Shown in pieces: positions 16,115 through 24,812 of a DNA stretch of 27,188 bases (position 1 is the first letter of the stretch; the number at the start of each line of letters is the position of its first letter). Below the pieces are notes generated by a model. It saw nothing but the letters and a program-made list of their open reading frames with translations. It did no database searches and had not been told where the DNA came from. A program made the translations under genes and the position numbers. The stretch spans positions 1 to 27,188 of IMG/VR virus record IMGVR_UViG_3300012913_000005; one strand, written 5' to 3'. Source of the DNA: a virus (taxonomy: Duplodnaviria; Caudoviricetes).

Positions 16115-17821
16115 TCAGCGCGTCAGCTTGTTGACCGCGCGACGTCCTGCGATCCGCGTGATCAGGTCGGCCGCCTCGCCCCGGGTCTTCACCCGGCCCA
16201 GCTGTTCGGCCGGGAACCCCTCGCGGATCAGACGGCTTTTCTGCGGGTCGGACACCGCGTCCCGCAGCCACCGCGCCTGACGCTCGGCCAGCTTCTGGAA
16301 CGCCTTGGCCCGGTCCTCCCCGATGCCCATCGCCCAGTCGGCCGGAAGCTCATCCTGGATCACCGTCAGCCGATGCCCCTCGTACGCCGCCAGCTTCCAC
16401 GTGTCGGCTCCCACGGGCACCATCACCACCACTTCCTTGCCCGCCCCCAGACACCACGCGTCGCCGGGCAGGGGGAGCCACCGCAGCCGCGACGACCCGA
16501 ACACATCCACCCGGCCAGCACCGGCCGCGTGACAGTTGTCGTGCCGCGTGACCCTCTTGCTGGTCACCGTGACCGGCAGGTACCGGTTGCACAGTGAGCA
16601 CCGGTGCCACTCCGGGGAGCCACAGTCCGGTCGGTTGCACGTCGGGCACGGCATCCGCTCGGACTCGCCGTCCGGCTTCTTCCGGGCGTCGTCCAGGTCC
16701 AGACCCAGGTCCACCACGCCGACCAGCTCGTGCCGGTTGCTGGCACCGACGATGTCGATGACCAACAGGTCCCGCTTGCCGGGTGAGAGCCGGGTACCCC
16801 GGCCGACCATCTGGACGTACAGACCGTGGAACCTGGTCGGTCGGCCGATCAGGACGCACGAGATGGACGGCTCATCGAACCCCTCGGTGAGCACCGCACA
16901 GTTGCTGACCCAGGTCGTCTCCCCGGTGTGCAACCGGCGCAGGATCGCCCGGCGCTCTTCGGTCGGCGTGGTGCCGTCCACGTGCTCGGCCTTGATGCCG
17001 CGTGCCCGGAGCGCTTCGGCCAGCAACTCGGAGGTCCGCACGGTGGGCAGGAACGCCACGCCCTTGCGCCCCTGAGCGTGCTCCTGGACCGCGTCGGCCA
17101 TCTGGATGATGGCGCCGGAGTCCTCGATCTCGCGGCCCAGGTCGCCGTCCGAGTAGTCGCCACCGGTCTTGCGGACCCGGGCCATGTCCATCTCGGTCTC
17201 GACCACCACGGCGGGGAGGATGGGGACCAGATACCCGCCCTCCTCCCCCTTCTTGCGGTCGCCGTAGATCGCCTCGCGGATTGACATGTAAGAGACAACC
17301 CGCTCCCACACGCCGAGCGTCTTGCCGTTGTCCCGCTCCGGGGTGGCCGTGAACCCGACGGTCAGCGGTCCGTACTCGGAGAACGACCCCATCGCGCGCA
17401 GCACCTTGACCGAGGTGGGCGCCGGTGCATGATGTGCCTCGTCATACACCAGGGTCTTGAACGGGCGCTGCCGATCCGCTTCGGTCAGTTGGGCCAGCCG
17501 GGTGTCACGGTGCGCGGTCTGGATGGACGCCACCACGACGTCCACCTCCGGGCCCAGTTCGTTGCGTTCCGCCTTGACCACGCCGGTCCGCAACTCAGGG
17601 GCGATCATCGCCAGTTTCTTCATCGCCTGGTCGGCGAGCTCTTCGCGGTGCACGAGCACCATCGACCGGCCCAGGTGGGCCCGCTCGGCGATGGCGTGCG
17701 AGAAGATGACCGTCTTGCCGGTGCCGGTCGGATAGACCAGCAGGGGGCGCTGAACGCCCTCCCGCTCAGCCTGATCGATCGCGTCCACACCACGCCGCTG
17801 GTAGCGCCTCAAGGGAAGCAT
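16115..17821 (-). CDS. SF2 DEAH-box helicase (ResIII/Irc3-like) with C-terminal Cys cluster
   Basis: PTGTGKT, DEAHH, TAT, VLTEGFD, QMVGRGTR. Confidence 0.93.
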   Translation of the reverse strand: MLPLRRYQRRGVDAIDQAEREGVQRPLLVYPTGTGKTVIFSHAIAERAHLGRSMVLVHREELADQAMKKLAMIAPELRTGVVKAERNELGPEVDVVVASIQTAHRDTRLAQLTEADRQRPFKTLVYDEAHHAPAPTSVKVLRAMGSFSEYGPLTVGFTATPERDNGKTLGVWERVVSYMSIREAIYGDRKKGEEGGYLVPILPAVVVETEMDMARVRKTGGDYSDGDLGREIEDSGAIIQMADAVQEHAQGRKGVAFLPTVRTSELLAEALRARGIKAEHVDGTTPTEERRAILRRLHTGETTWVSNCAVLTEGFDEPSISCVLIGRPTRFHGLYVQMVGRGTRLSPGKRDLLVIDIVGASNRHELVGVVDLGLDLDDARKKPDGESERMPCPTCNRPDCGSPEWHRCSLCNRYLPVTVTSKRVTRHDNCHAAGAGRVDVFGSSRLRWLPLPGDAWCLGAGKEVVVMVPVGADTWKLAAYEGHRLTVIQDELPADWAMGIGEDRAKAFQKLAERQARWLRDAVSDPQKSRLIREGFPAEQLGRVKTRGEAADLITRIAGRRAVNKLTR

Positions 17822-18210
17822 CAGTGGTGCCCCCGGACCACGCTGACCGTGAACGCCTTGAACTTCAGACCCTGGTGTTTCCCGGAGTTGATCACTCCCC
17901 AGTGGGTGAACGTCACGGTTACGGTGTCACCCACCAGGGCGGCAGCCTTCTGGATCGCGTTACGCAGCATGGCCCCGTACGCCACGATCCGGACCCGGTC
18001 CATACCGCCGGTCCACAAGTCCAGGAACGGGTCGGAGTCCACCGGGGACCACGGGAGAGTCGACGGGACATCGCCGGTCCGCAGCACCACGCCGGTCACG
18101 GAGGACGACGGCTCTCCCGGGTTCCAGGCGTCCGGCGTGCCCTCGGTCAGTGTCCGCACGGCGCACATCAGGCAACCGTCCCGCACGTGCGGCTCATTCG
18201 TTGTCGTCAT
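17821..18210 (-). CDS. SSB-like OB-fold protein, paralog 2 (N-terminal H..CxxC)
   Basis: Aligns by eye with 18714-19184; start MTTTNEP. Confidence 0.6.
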   Translation of the reverse strand: MTTTNEPHVRDGCLMCAVRTLTEGTPDAWNPGEPSSSVTGVVLRTGDVPSTLPWSPVDSDPFLDLWTGGMDRVRIVAYGAMLRNAIQKAAALVGDTVTVTFTHWGVINSGKHQGLKFKAFTVSVVRGHH

Positions 18211-18220
18211 GACTGCGAGG

Positions 18221-18589
18221 TTACTCGGTCGCCTGTGAGGCGTCAACCGGGGAGGCACCGCACGCGGGCCGGGGGTAGGCCGGGGCCGGGCCGTCCTCGT
18301 GGTACCACTGGTACAGCGCGTCCCATTGGGTCGCGATGCGGATCGACTCGATGAACCGGCCGTCCTTGGACAGCCACCGCTCGATCGCGCCCCACCCGGC
18401 CGCCTGAGGCACCCGCCCGGCGCCGATCACGTACCAGAGACCACCGGCCTTCAGCAGGGCGTACGTGTAGATCTTCGGACGGGTCCGGCCCCGGGTGTCA
18501 CCACCGGGTTCGTCGTCGGTGTCACGGTGCCCGATGCCCATCAGGAGCACCGTGCCGTTGGGGATCTTCCGGGCGTCCAGCTTGAACAC
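18221..18589 (-). CDS. Hypothetical protein (122 aa)
   Basis: GAGG RBS, GTG start, YTYALLKAGGLWY motif. Confidence 0.7.
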   Translation of the reverse strand: MFKLDARKIPNGTVLLMGIGHRDTDDEPGGDTRGRTRPKIYTYALLKAGGLWYVIGAGRVPQAAGWGAIERWLSKDGRFIESIRIATQWDALYQWYHEDGPAPAYPRPACGASPVDASQATE

Positions 18590-18617
18590 GTCTGTGTTGC
18601 CTCTCTGGAGAAAGGGC

Positions 18618-18653
18618 GGACCCGCCCGGTATTTGCAGCTGCCGGGCGGGTCC
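18618..18653 (-). terminator. Terminator/attenuator hairpin
   Basis: 12-bp stem GGACCCGCCCGG/CCGGGCGGGTCC. Confidence 0.65.
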
Positions 18654-18713
18654 TAAGGTGTCTCGCGGACCTGGGAAGGATCAGGCCGGGTGAGACTGGT
18701 GGAGCTGGGGAGG

Positions 18714-19184
18714 TCAGGCGTTCTTCTTCTCGGCCTTACGGACGGCGACCGAGTAGTGCTTGTACGGCTTACCGGCGTACCGGCCCTTCTTGATGATCTT
18801 CTCGCCCCAGTACTTCACCGCGAACAGATCACCGACCTGCGGGTCGGCGTCGGTAATCTCCCGCTTCAGGACGGCACCGAAGCCGATCACGCGGAACTTG
18901 TCCCCGTCGCGGGTCTGAACCGTGACGGTCGGGCACATCGGGTCATCGCCGTCCTTGGCGTAGTCCGAGCGGGTCTCCCCCACCTTGACCACGATGCCGG
19001 AGAGGCTCTCGCCCTTCTCGCCCGGAACCCAGCCTTCCGAGTCGTCCTCCTGAACGGTGTTCAGCAGGTCATCGGCGTCGTCGAACGAACCGGGCCCCGT
19101 CGTTGCGGCAGGCTCCCCGAACAGGTTGTCCGCCTCATCGAAGTCGGACGCGGTCGCGTTGACGTCGGTCTTGCTTGCAGCCAT
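18714..19184 (-). CDS. Probable single-stranded DNA-binding protein (OB-fold), acidic N-terminal tail
   Basis: WxP..GESLSG.V...PQVGD.FAVKY.G...YKHY pattern; recombination-module context. Confidence 0.65.
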   Translation of the reverse strand: MAASKTDVNATASDFDEADNLFGEPAATTGPGSFDDADDLLNTVQEDDSEGWVPGEKGESLSGIVVKVGETRSDYAKDGDDPMCPTVTVQTRDGDKFRVIGFGAVLKREITDADPQVGDLFAVKYWGEKIIKKGRYAGKPYKHYSVAVRKAEKKNA

Positions 19185-19262
19185 GTGAGCCTCTTTCGTG
19201 TAGCTAGTGAGTGAGTTGTTGGTACGACGCGGGGTAGCCCGACCTTGGTCCCGGGCCTACTA

Positions 19263-19400
19263 GACCCAGTCTCGGAATCGAACCGATGCCACCCCCGCGC
19301 CACCCGTCTCTCCGGGCTGTCATCGACCCTCTTAACCCCGGTCGCATGGGGCGTCCGCCTTGAGTTGATCGCCTGGCATCCAAGCCAGATTTGACCGGTC
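19263..19400 (-). ncRNA. Expanded tRNA-like RNA (~138 nt)
   Basis: Closing stem GACCGGTC/GACTGGGTC, D-like arm CTGGC-TTGGAT-GCCAG, T arm TCGG-TTCGATT-CCGA, ~85-nt structured insert. Confidence 0.5.
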
Positions 19401-19423
19401 GTGGGCGAACCTCGGACCGCTCG

Positions 19424-19492
19424 CGCCCTCACCAGGACTCGAACCTGGAACTCCGCTCTAGAACGGTGATCAGCCAGTTGATCTACAAGGAC
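19424..19492 (-). tRNA. Atypical tRNA/tRNA-like RNA (69 nt) with shortened anticodon arm containing CUA
   Basis: Acceptor GTCCTTG/TGAGGGC, TA, D arm GATC-AACTGGCT-GATC, arm CCGTTCTAGAGCGG (14 nt), T arm CCAGG-TTCGAGT-CCTGG; no encoded CCA. Confidence 0.75.
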
Positions 19493-19688
19493 TCCTACTG
19501 CGATGTTACCGGCGGGGGACGGGCCGCGAACCCGTCCCCCTCAGCATGGTCTGGGCGGGCTGTGTCCGCCGAATCCCGTTCTCGCAGTCCAACCGGAGCG
19601 GCCCCACCCGGGGCTGGTGCTAGTTGTACGCCGCGATCACGAGCGCCGTTCCCGTAGATCAGTGGGGACCCTCCGACCTACAAGAGCT

Positions 19689-19717
19689 ACATTACAGCCT
19701 TGCCGGTAATGTCGCAA
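19689..19717 (-). promoter_or_regulatory. Promoter TTGCGA-17-TAATGT driving the RNA locus
   Basis: Palindromic ACATTAC..GTAATGT, member of the family. Confidence 0.7.
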
Positions 19718-19733
19718 TGATGACGCTTACGTG

Positions 19734-20837
19734 TCAAACCTTGTACTTCTTGGGGACCCGGATCGTCATCCGCCGGTACGACGAACTGACCGTTACCGCC
19801 TCAGCGATCCCCGGGTACTTGGTCTTCAAGGCGTCCACGTCGATCCGCTTGGACGACACCTCCGGGTAGGAGACGATCTTCTCCTCCCCCAGGTACGCGG
19901 CCCCGGCGTCACCGGTCCAGTCCCGGAACTCGTTCTTGATCGCGGTCAGGTCGGCGTCCGCCTTCTCGTACGCGACCTTGGCCCGCTGGTAGTCCTTCAG
20001 CCACTGCTCCGCCATGTCCGGCAGATCGGTGGACGCCTGCACGACCTTGGGGTGGAGCTTCTTCAGGAGTCCTTCGGTGATGGGGTGCCGGTAGTCGTGG
20101 AGAGGGATCTCGTCCCCCAGCACGTTCTCAGTCCAGAACCGATCGGCTGTCTCCACCATCTCGGCGAACCAGGGTTCATCGAAGTGCACCTCGACGGTGA
20201 AGAACTGGCGGTCCCGGTTGATGTGGAAGCAACCCAGGTATCCGACAGACAGCCCCAGGATGCCCATCTGCCACTGAATCTGGGCCTGGTACCCCAGGGG
20301 AGCAGACCCGGTTCCGTGTCCGCCAGGGCGGATCGTGCCGGACTCCCAGTGCTCATCATCCCCGGCGGTCTTGCACTCGATCAGGGCCTCGGCTTTCCAG
20401 CTGCGCGGCTTGCAAGCGAAGCGGTCCGGGGTCACCCGAATGTGCGGCTTGCCGTTCATCGCCCACAGTCCGCCCCCGAACCGGGAGACCATGCCGATCT
20501 CCTCCGCCGTCTTCTGGGCCACCACGTCCTCCAGCCGGTGGCCCCACTCGATCGGCGCACCGGTCAGCTCGACGTCCGGCGTGTCGCGGGTCTTCTTCTG
20601 CCAGATGGACATGGCGGTCTCATGACCGTTGGCGCCGATCAGCGCGCCCACCTCCGACCCGCCGACACCTTGCTTACGCGCGGCCAGCCACGCCGGGCGT
20701 CCGGCACACTCCGGCAGGATCAACCGGGAGATGCCCGCCCGGGGAGAAGCGAACCGGTGCGCCGGATGCGGACACGCGCGGCGCCCGCCGGAGTGTGCCA
20801 GGTGGTATTCGACCTGACTGAGTTCCGGGGCGGTCAT
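19734..20837 (-). CDS. YqaJ-like (lambda-exonuclease family) recombination exonuclease
   Basis: WLAARKQGVGGSEV, WGHRLE, TPD, IECKT, YQAQIQWQM. Confidence 0.93.
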   Translation of the reverse strand: MTAPELSQVEYHLAHSGGRRACPHPAHRFASPRAGISRLILPECAGRPAWLAARKQGVGGSEVGALIGANGHETAMSIWQKKTRDTPDVELTGAPIEWGHRLEDVVAQKTAEEIGMVSRFGGGLWAMNGKPHIRVTPDRFACKPRSWKAEALIECKTAGDDEHWESGTIRPGGHGTGSAPLGYQAQIQWQMGILGLSVGYLGCFHINRDRQFFTVEVHFDEPWFAEMVETADRFWTENVLGDEIPLHDYRHPITEGLLKKLHPKVVQASTDLPDMAEQWLKDYQRAKVAYEKADADLTAIKNEFRDWTGDAGAAYLGEEKIVSYPEVSSKRIDVDALKTKYPGIAEAVTVSSSYRRMTIRVPKKYKV

Positions 20838-21022
20838 CCGAGCGGCTCGACGGTCAGCTTGATGGACTGCGGCCAGGACCCGTCTTCCTTCTTCTCCAGC
20901 ACGTCCTTACGGACGTAGGCCTGGCCCACCGCCAGCTTCTTCATCTCGCCGCGTGCCACCCCATACACCACCGTGCCGGGTGTCTCCCGGATGAATGGGA
21001 GTTCCACCTCGATCTTCTCCAT
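20834..21022 (-). CDS. 62-aa protein (MEKIEVELPFIRETPGTVVY...)
   Basis: GGGAGA RBS, coupled on both sides. Confidence 0.75.
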   Translation of the reverse strand: MEKIEVELPFIRETPGTVVYGVARGEMKKLAVGQAYVRKDVLEKKEDGSWPQSIKLTVEPLG

Positions 21023-21387
21023 CAGATTTCTCCCGTCATCGGTACGTCGTCCGGCCAGCTGTCCATGACTGCGGACAGCGCCCGTGTCCGCAGCGACCCG
21101 CGAATCCGGCCGCTGGGGAACTCTTCCAGCGAATCCAGCAGCATCTGCTCCTCGGAACGCAGCTCGCCGGACTCGATCTCTTTCAGCGGGTCGATCAGCG
21201 CTGCCACGCTGGGCACGTGCTGACACGGGGTCAGGAACACGCCCTGAGCGCAGCACCCGAACCACGGCGGCGCCGTCGGGTCCTTGCCCCGGTGCGACTT
21301 ACAGAACGCCAGGGTGGCCCCGCACCCGGTGCACGGCGCGGCCTTCTGGATCTCCTTGCGTCGCGCGGTGATCAGCTTCAGGTCCAC
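21022..21387 (-). CDS. Cys-rich hypothetical protein (121 aa)
   Basis: CTGC..C...CC..C.H; GGAGG RBS. Confidence 0.7.
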   Translation of the reverse strand: MDLKLITARRKEIQKAAPCTGCGATLAFCKSHRGKDPTAPPWFGCCAQGVFLTPCQHVPSVAALIDPLKEIESGELRSEEQMLLDSLEEFPSGRIRGSLRTRALSAVMDSWPDDVPMTGEI

Positions 21388-21391
21388 GGCC

Positions 21392-21907
21392 TTACCTCCC
21401 CAGCCATCCCGGTTCGATCTTGGTCAAGCTCTGCCGGTTGAGGCTCGGGAGGGACAGCACGGGATCGCCCATGTGGTCCCTCCCCATGTGCCACAGCCAC
21501 CAGGCGTCACACTGGTTGTCGTCCTCGAACTCCACACCGGCGCGCTTGTACGCCTCCAGCGCCATCGCCGTCTTGTCACCGGTGCCCTTGCCCGTCGCGT
21601 ACTTCTTCAGGGTCGCGGGGAGCACGGTGCCGTACGGCACGCCCAGCTCGATGAGTGCCTCACGGGCCACTCCCTGGACCATGCCGGTGATCGCTGAACT
21701 GAACGATCGTGGCGTCGGTGCCTCGATCAGCGCGTACGCCGAACCCGACACCAGCTCCATGATCTGCTGGCGTATCTGGACCAGTCGGGCGTCACCGTGC
21801 TTCGGGTTGGTCTTGATCAGCGTGGTCAGTACGAAATCCCCCGCCGACGTGAACGCGATCCCGGTTCCGGTCATCGACAGGTCCAGGCCGGACACGTTGA
21901 CACTCAT
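21392..21907 (-). CDS. ruvC: RuvC-like Holliday junction resolvase
   Basis: GLDLSMTGTG, IE, LKKYATGKG..DK, DNQCDA. Confidence 0.9.
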   Translation of the reverse strand: MSVNVSGLDLSMTGTGIAFTSAGDFVLTTLIKTNPKHGDARLVQIRQQIMELVSGSAYALIEAPTPRSFSSAITGMVQGVAREALIELGVPYGTVLPATLKKYATGKGTGDKTAMALEAYKRAGVEFEDDNQCDAWWLWHMGRDHMGDPVLSLPSLNRQSLTKIEPGWLGR

Positions 21908-22368
21908 GCGTCAGGACTCCGGTACGGACCGTACGACTGGCACCCGTCCTCGTAAGTCAGGACGGGCGGCGCGCCCTCGAACACCGACTCGTCCCGAAGA
22001 ACGACCTGGGACCCGTGCTTGCACGGTTCGTTCAACCGCCGGGCCAGGTCGGCCGCCCCGTCCGCGCTCAGGTTCCGTACCTGTTCCGCAGTCGGCAACC
22101 GGGGTAGACCAGGCTGGTCACACGAGATCGGTCCAGTGGTCTCGACCAGCGCCGCCTCCACCGTGCGGGTCACCACGTGCAGCCGGGTCATCAGGCCGAC
22201 GAACTCCCGGGGGTTGAGCTCCAGGTGCTGCTCCACCCCGGGCTCCAGCTCGAACACCACGCACATCCGGATGGCGTCGGTCGCGAAGTCACGGGGCTTC
22301 GGCAGGTTGCGCCGGAGCCAGTCCCACTGACCAGGGCTGAGCTCAGCTACTACGATTCGGGTCCGCAT
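21904..22368 (-). CDS. Hypothetical protein (154 aa)
   Basis: AAGGAGG RBS; ATGA coupling to ruvC. Confidence 0.75.
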   Translation of the reverse strand: MRTRIVVAELSPGQWDWLRRNLPKPRDFATDAIRMCVVFELEPGVEQHLELNPREFVGLMTRLHVVTRTVEAALVETTGPISCDQPGLPRLPTAEQVRNLSADGAADLARRLNEPCKHGSQVVLRDESVFEGAPPVLTYEDGCQSYGPYRSPDA

Positions 22369-22395
22369 CTGCGGCCCTCCTTCCTTCTGGTAGAT

Positions 22396-22424
22396 ACCTT
22401 ACCGTAGTGACTGCAAAGTATCTA
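22396..22424 (-). promoter_or_regulatory. Promoter TAGATA-17-TAAGGT inside a GGTAGATAC/GTATCTACC inverted repeat
   Basis: Member of the family. Confidence 0.65.
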
Positions 22425-22442
22425 CCCAGGGAGGACATCAGT

Positions 22443-22928
22443 TCAGCGAGCGGCGCGGTGGACGGATCGAGCGACCCGCTCCGCCATGGCGGTACCCGCG
22501 TACCCGCCCTCCTCGTAGTCGGTCCGGTCCACCACACGGCCGTCCACCACGATCAGGATTCCTTTGTCCGCGTCCGGGTCCTCGTGGATCTCCAGCAGGG
22601 TGCCCGGCCACGGGTAGCCCAGCAGCACCATCAGCTCGATCACGACCCGCTCGGTGGAGATCAGGTCGTCCCGGCCGCGCAGTTCTTCGATGTACCGCTG
22701 GAGTCCAGCCCGCATCGTGGTGGGCGCTCCATCCGTCAGGTCCAGGACGGCCTCCTGATCCATCGCGGCGATCGAGTCCAAGACTGTGACCACCGCTTCA
22801 CGGGTCTCCCCGGTCTGGGCTACGCCGTCGCGGATCGCTTTCTCCCGGGTCACCGCACGCTGGCACTGGTCCAGGTCATCGACCCCGATCAGGAACTCTG
22901 CCAGTGCCTTACCGACGATCTCTCTCAT
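22443..22928 (-). CDS. Hypothetical protein (161 aa)
   Basis: ORF with phage-like codon usage downstream of promoter 22972-23000. Confidence 0.75.
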   Translation of the reverse strand: MREIVGKALAEFLIGVDDLDQCQRAVTREKAIRDGVAQTGETREAVVTVLDSIAAMDQEAVLDLTDGAPTTMRAGLQRYIEELRGRDDLISTERVVIELMVLLGYPWPGTLLEIHEDPDADKGILIVVDGRVVDRTDYEEGGYAGTAMAERVARSVHRAAR

Positions 22929-22971
22929 CTCTTTCCCATCCTCTAAATGAAAACCTCTCCCACCATGAACT

Positions 22972-23000
22972 ACATTACAGCCATGACGGTGAGGTGTCTA
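22972..23000 (-). promoter_or_regulatory. Promoter TAGACA-17-TAATGT
   Basis: ACATTACAGCCATGACGGTGAGGT palindrome variant. Confidence 0.7.
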
Positions 23001-23003
23001 GCC

Positions 23004-23273
23004 CTACTGGTAGTCGATCCCGACCAGGTCACAGAAGGACCGGTCCCGCGCGCTCCGAGCCGGATGGGCCAAAGCCCAGGAGCAATCGCCCGGGCCCGGT
23101 TTGTACTGCCACCCGTCGCAGAAGTAGTTGCCGTTGTAGACCACCGGGTACACCCCGCACGCTGGGCACGTGATGACCCCGGAGCGGCCCGCCGGGGAGA
23201 CGATCCGGCCCTGGCTTCCCTCGCGGTTCGCCGTGTCCTGACCTTCCCACCAGCGGGCTCTCCGGGCCGTCAT
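23004..23273 (-). CDS. Cys-containing hypothetical protein (89 aa)
   Basis: CPACGVYPVVYNGNYFC..C; ATGA coupling. Confidence 0.75.
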   Translation of the reverse strand: MTARRARWWEGQDTANREGSQGRIVSPAGRSGVITCPACGVYPVVYNGNYFCDGWQYKPGPGDCSWALAHPARSARDRSFCDLVGIDYQ

Positions 23274-24697
23274 GAACGGTCCTCGAACAGGTCGCCGCAG
23301 TCGTCGCACCGGATGACCTTGAGGTCAGCGACCTTGCGGGATGCCCGGACGATGTTGGGTTCCTCGCACGTGCAGGTCAGCTTCAGGTTGGTGGTGCTCG
23401 GCGCGGCCGGGGTCTTGGGCTTGCGGCCGATGCTCTCCCCGCCCTGGTCCTCCTCGTCGTCCTGGCCGCCGAGCCATCCGGGGAGCCGGACCATCAGGTG
23501 GATCTCAGCCTCCAGCTCGTCCAGCAGGTCCTTGTACTCGGCCAGGGTGGCGGCCGTCAGAGTCACGCCGGAGAAGCCGTTCTGCGTGTCGGCCTTGCCG
23601 GTCTTGTGCTCCAGACCCATCTCCTGGGCCGTCTTCAGGAACACCTTGTTGTGCCAGCGGCCCTGACGGCTGGTGTCCTGCTCCCCACGGTGCTCGGCCA
23701 GGGCGTGGGCCGACTCGTGCAGCATGGTCTGAAGCACCTGGTGCGGGCCCTTGGCCAGGGTCTCCCCCGCCATGAACATCTCGTGGATGCGGGTGCTCTT
23801 GTCTGCGTCTGACTTGACGTTCCAGCCCTCCGGCCGGAAGTGGCCCCACTTGTTGTTCCCGTTGCCGATCCCGGCGCCGGTCACGATCACCACGGCCGGG
23901 ACCTCCGGGTGGTTCTGCCGGATGCGCTCGTGCACCCGCTCCAGCAACTTGACCACGCCGGACCCGGTCACCTCCCGGACGGCCGCCGCCTGGCCGCCGG
24001 TGTACGGGTACTCAGTGCCCTCGGTGGCCCACTGGCGGGCGTCCTCATCCTCGGCGACCTTGGTGGTCTGGGCGGCCAGTGCGGCGAAGCTCGCCCGGCG
24101 CTCGTTCTCGAACCCGTCCAGGATCAGGGCTTCGGCGTGTGCGTCGTCCAGGGCACCGGAGACCCGGAAGTCCTGGGCCAGTTCTTCGCGCTCAACCTCA
24201 GTGAACTCCCCGGCCTCAACCTCGGCGACCGGAGCCGCTTCGCGCTCCGCCTTGACCTGGGCCATGGCCTTCTTCATCCCCTCAGCGTCAGCGTGGTGGG
24301 TCTTGGCGTAGCTCTCGATCCGGGCGTTCTCGTCCTGGCTGAGAGCCGGAACCTCGGTGACCTCGGCGACCGGCGCCGCCGGGATCTTGATCTGGCTGAG
24401 CTGGACGGCCGTGTCAGCGACCCGGATGCCCCGGCCCCACTGGTCCCCAACCGCGCCCTGGGTCGTGAAGACCACGGTGGCCTTGGTCCGGCCCAGCTTG
24501 GCAACGACGCCACGGCGGAGCCGGTCACCCAGTGCCCAGACGTGGACGATCTGGCCGACCTGCAATTCGTTGACGCTCTGCGGGCTGACCCATCCGTCCG
24601 GGGTCTCGTTCAGCGCCTCGATCAGGGCCACCAGGTCAAAGGTCTGGCCGTTCACGTCGTAGTTCCGAACCTCGTCGATGCTCAGGTGCTGGGCCAT
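23270..24697 (-). CDS. Multidomain protein with SprT-like HExxH zinc metalloprotease and C-terminal zinc ribbon
   Basis: TMLHESAHAL..RWHNKVF...MGL; CTC..CDDC; GGAGG RBS. Confidence 0.8.
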   Translation of the reverse strand: MAQHLSIDEVRNYDVNGQTFDLVALIEALNETPDGWVSPQSVNELQVGQIVHVWALGDRLRRGVVAKLGRTKATVVFTTQGAVGDQWGRGIRVADTAVQLSQIKIPAAPVAEVTEVPALSQDENARIESYAKTHHADAEGMKKAMAQVKAEREAAPVAEVEAGEFTEVEREELAQDFRVSGALDDAHAEALILDGFENERRASFAALAAQTTKVAEDEDARQWATEGTEYPYTGGQAAAVREVTGSGVVKLLERVHERIRQNHPEVPAVVIVTGAGIGNGNNKWGHFRPEGWNVKSDADKSTRIHEMFMAGETLAKGPHQVLQTMLHESAHALAEHRGEQDTSRQGRWHNKVFLKTAQEMGLEHKTGKADTQNGFSGVTLTAATLAEYKDLLDELEAEIHLMVRLPGWLGGQDDEEDQGGESIGRKPKTPAAPSTTNLKLTCTCEEPNIVRASRKVADLKVIRCDDCGDLFEDRS

Positions 24698-24736
24698 CTC
24701 GCTGTCCTCCAGGTCGTCGTCTTGCTGATGTGGAGA

Positions 24737-24765
24737 ACCTTACAGGCATGACTCTTAAGTCTCAA
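24737..24765 (-). promoter_or_regulatory. Promoter TTGAGA-17-TAAGGT overlapping a TGAC-N8-GTCA-like site
   Basis: Nearly identical to promoter 5920-5948. Confidence 0.8.
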
Positions 24766-24812
24766 GACTCTGACCCTGCTTTGTGGGATACCTCACAGTC
24801 ATGCCGTTGAGG

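Noticed and set aside
19424-19492. Genome-wide amber recoding or pyrrolysine use
   Set aside because: Recognisable genes have no in-frame TAG, TAG acts as a normal stop (23004, 26405), and no pyl genes are present
19185-19690. tmRNA
   Set aside because: No GGGG 5' end with matching CCACCA-type 3' end, and no tag reading frame
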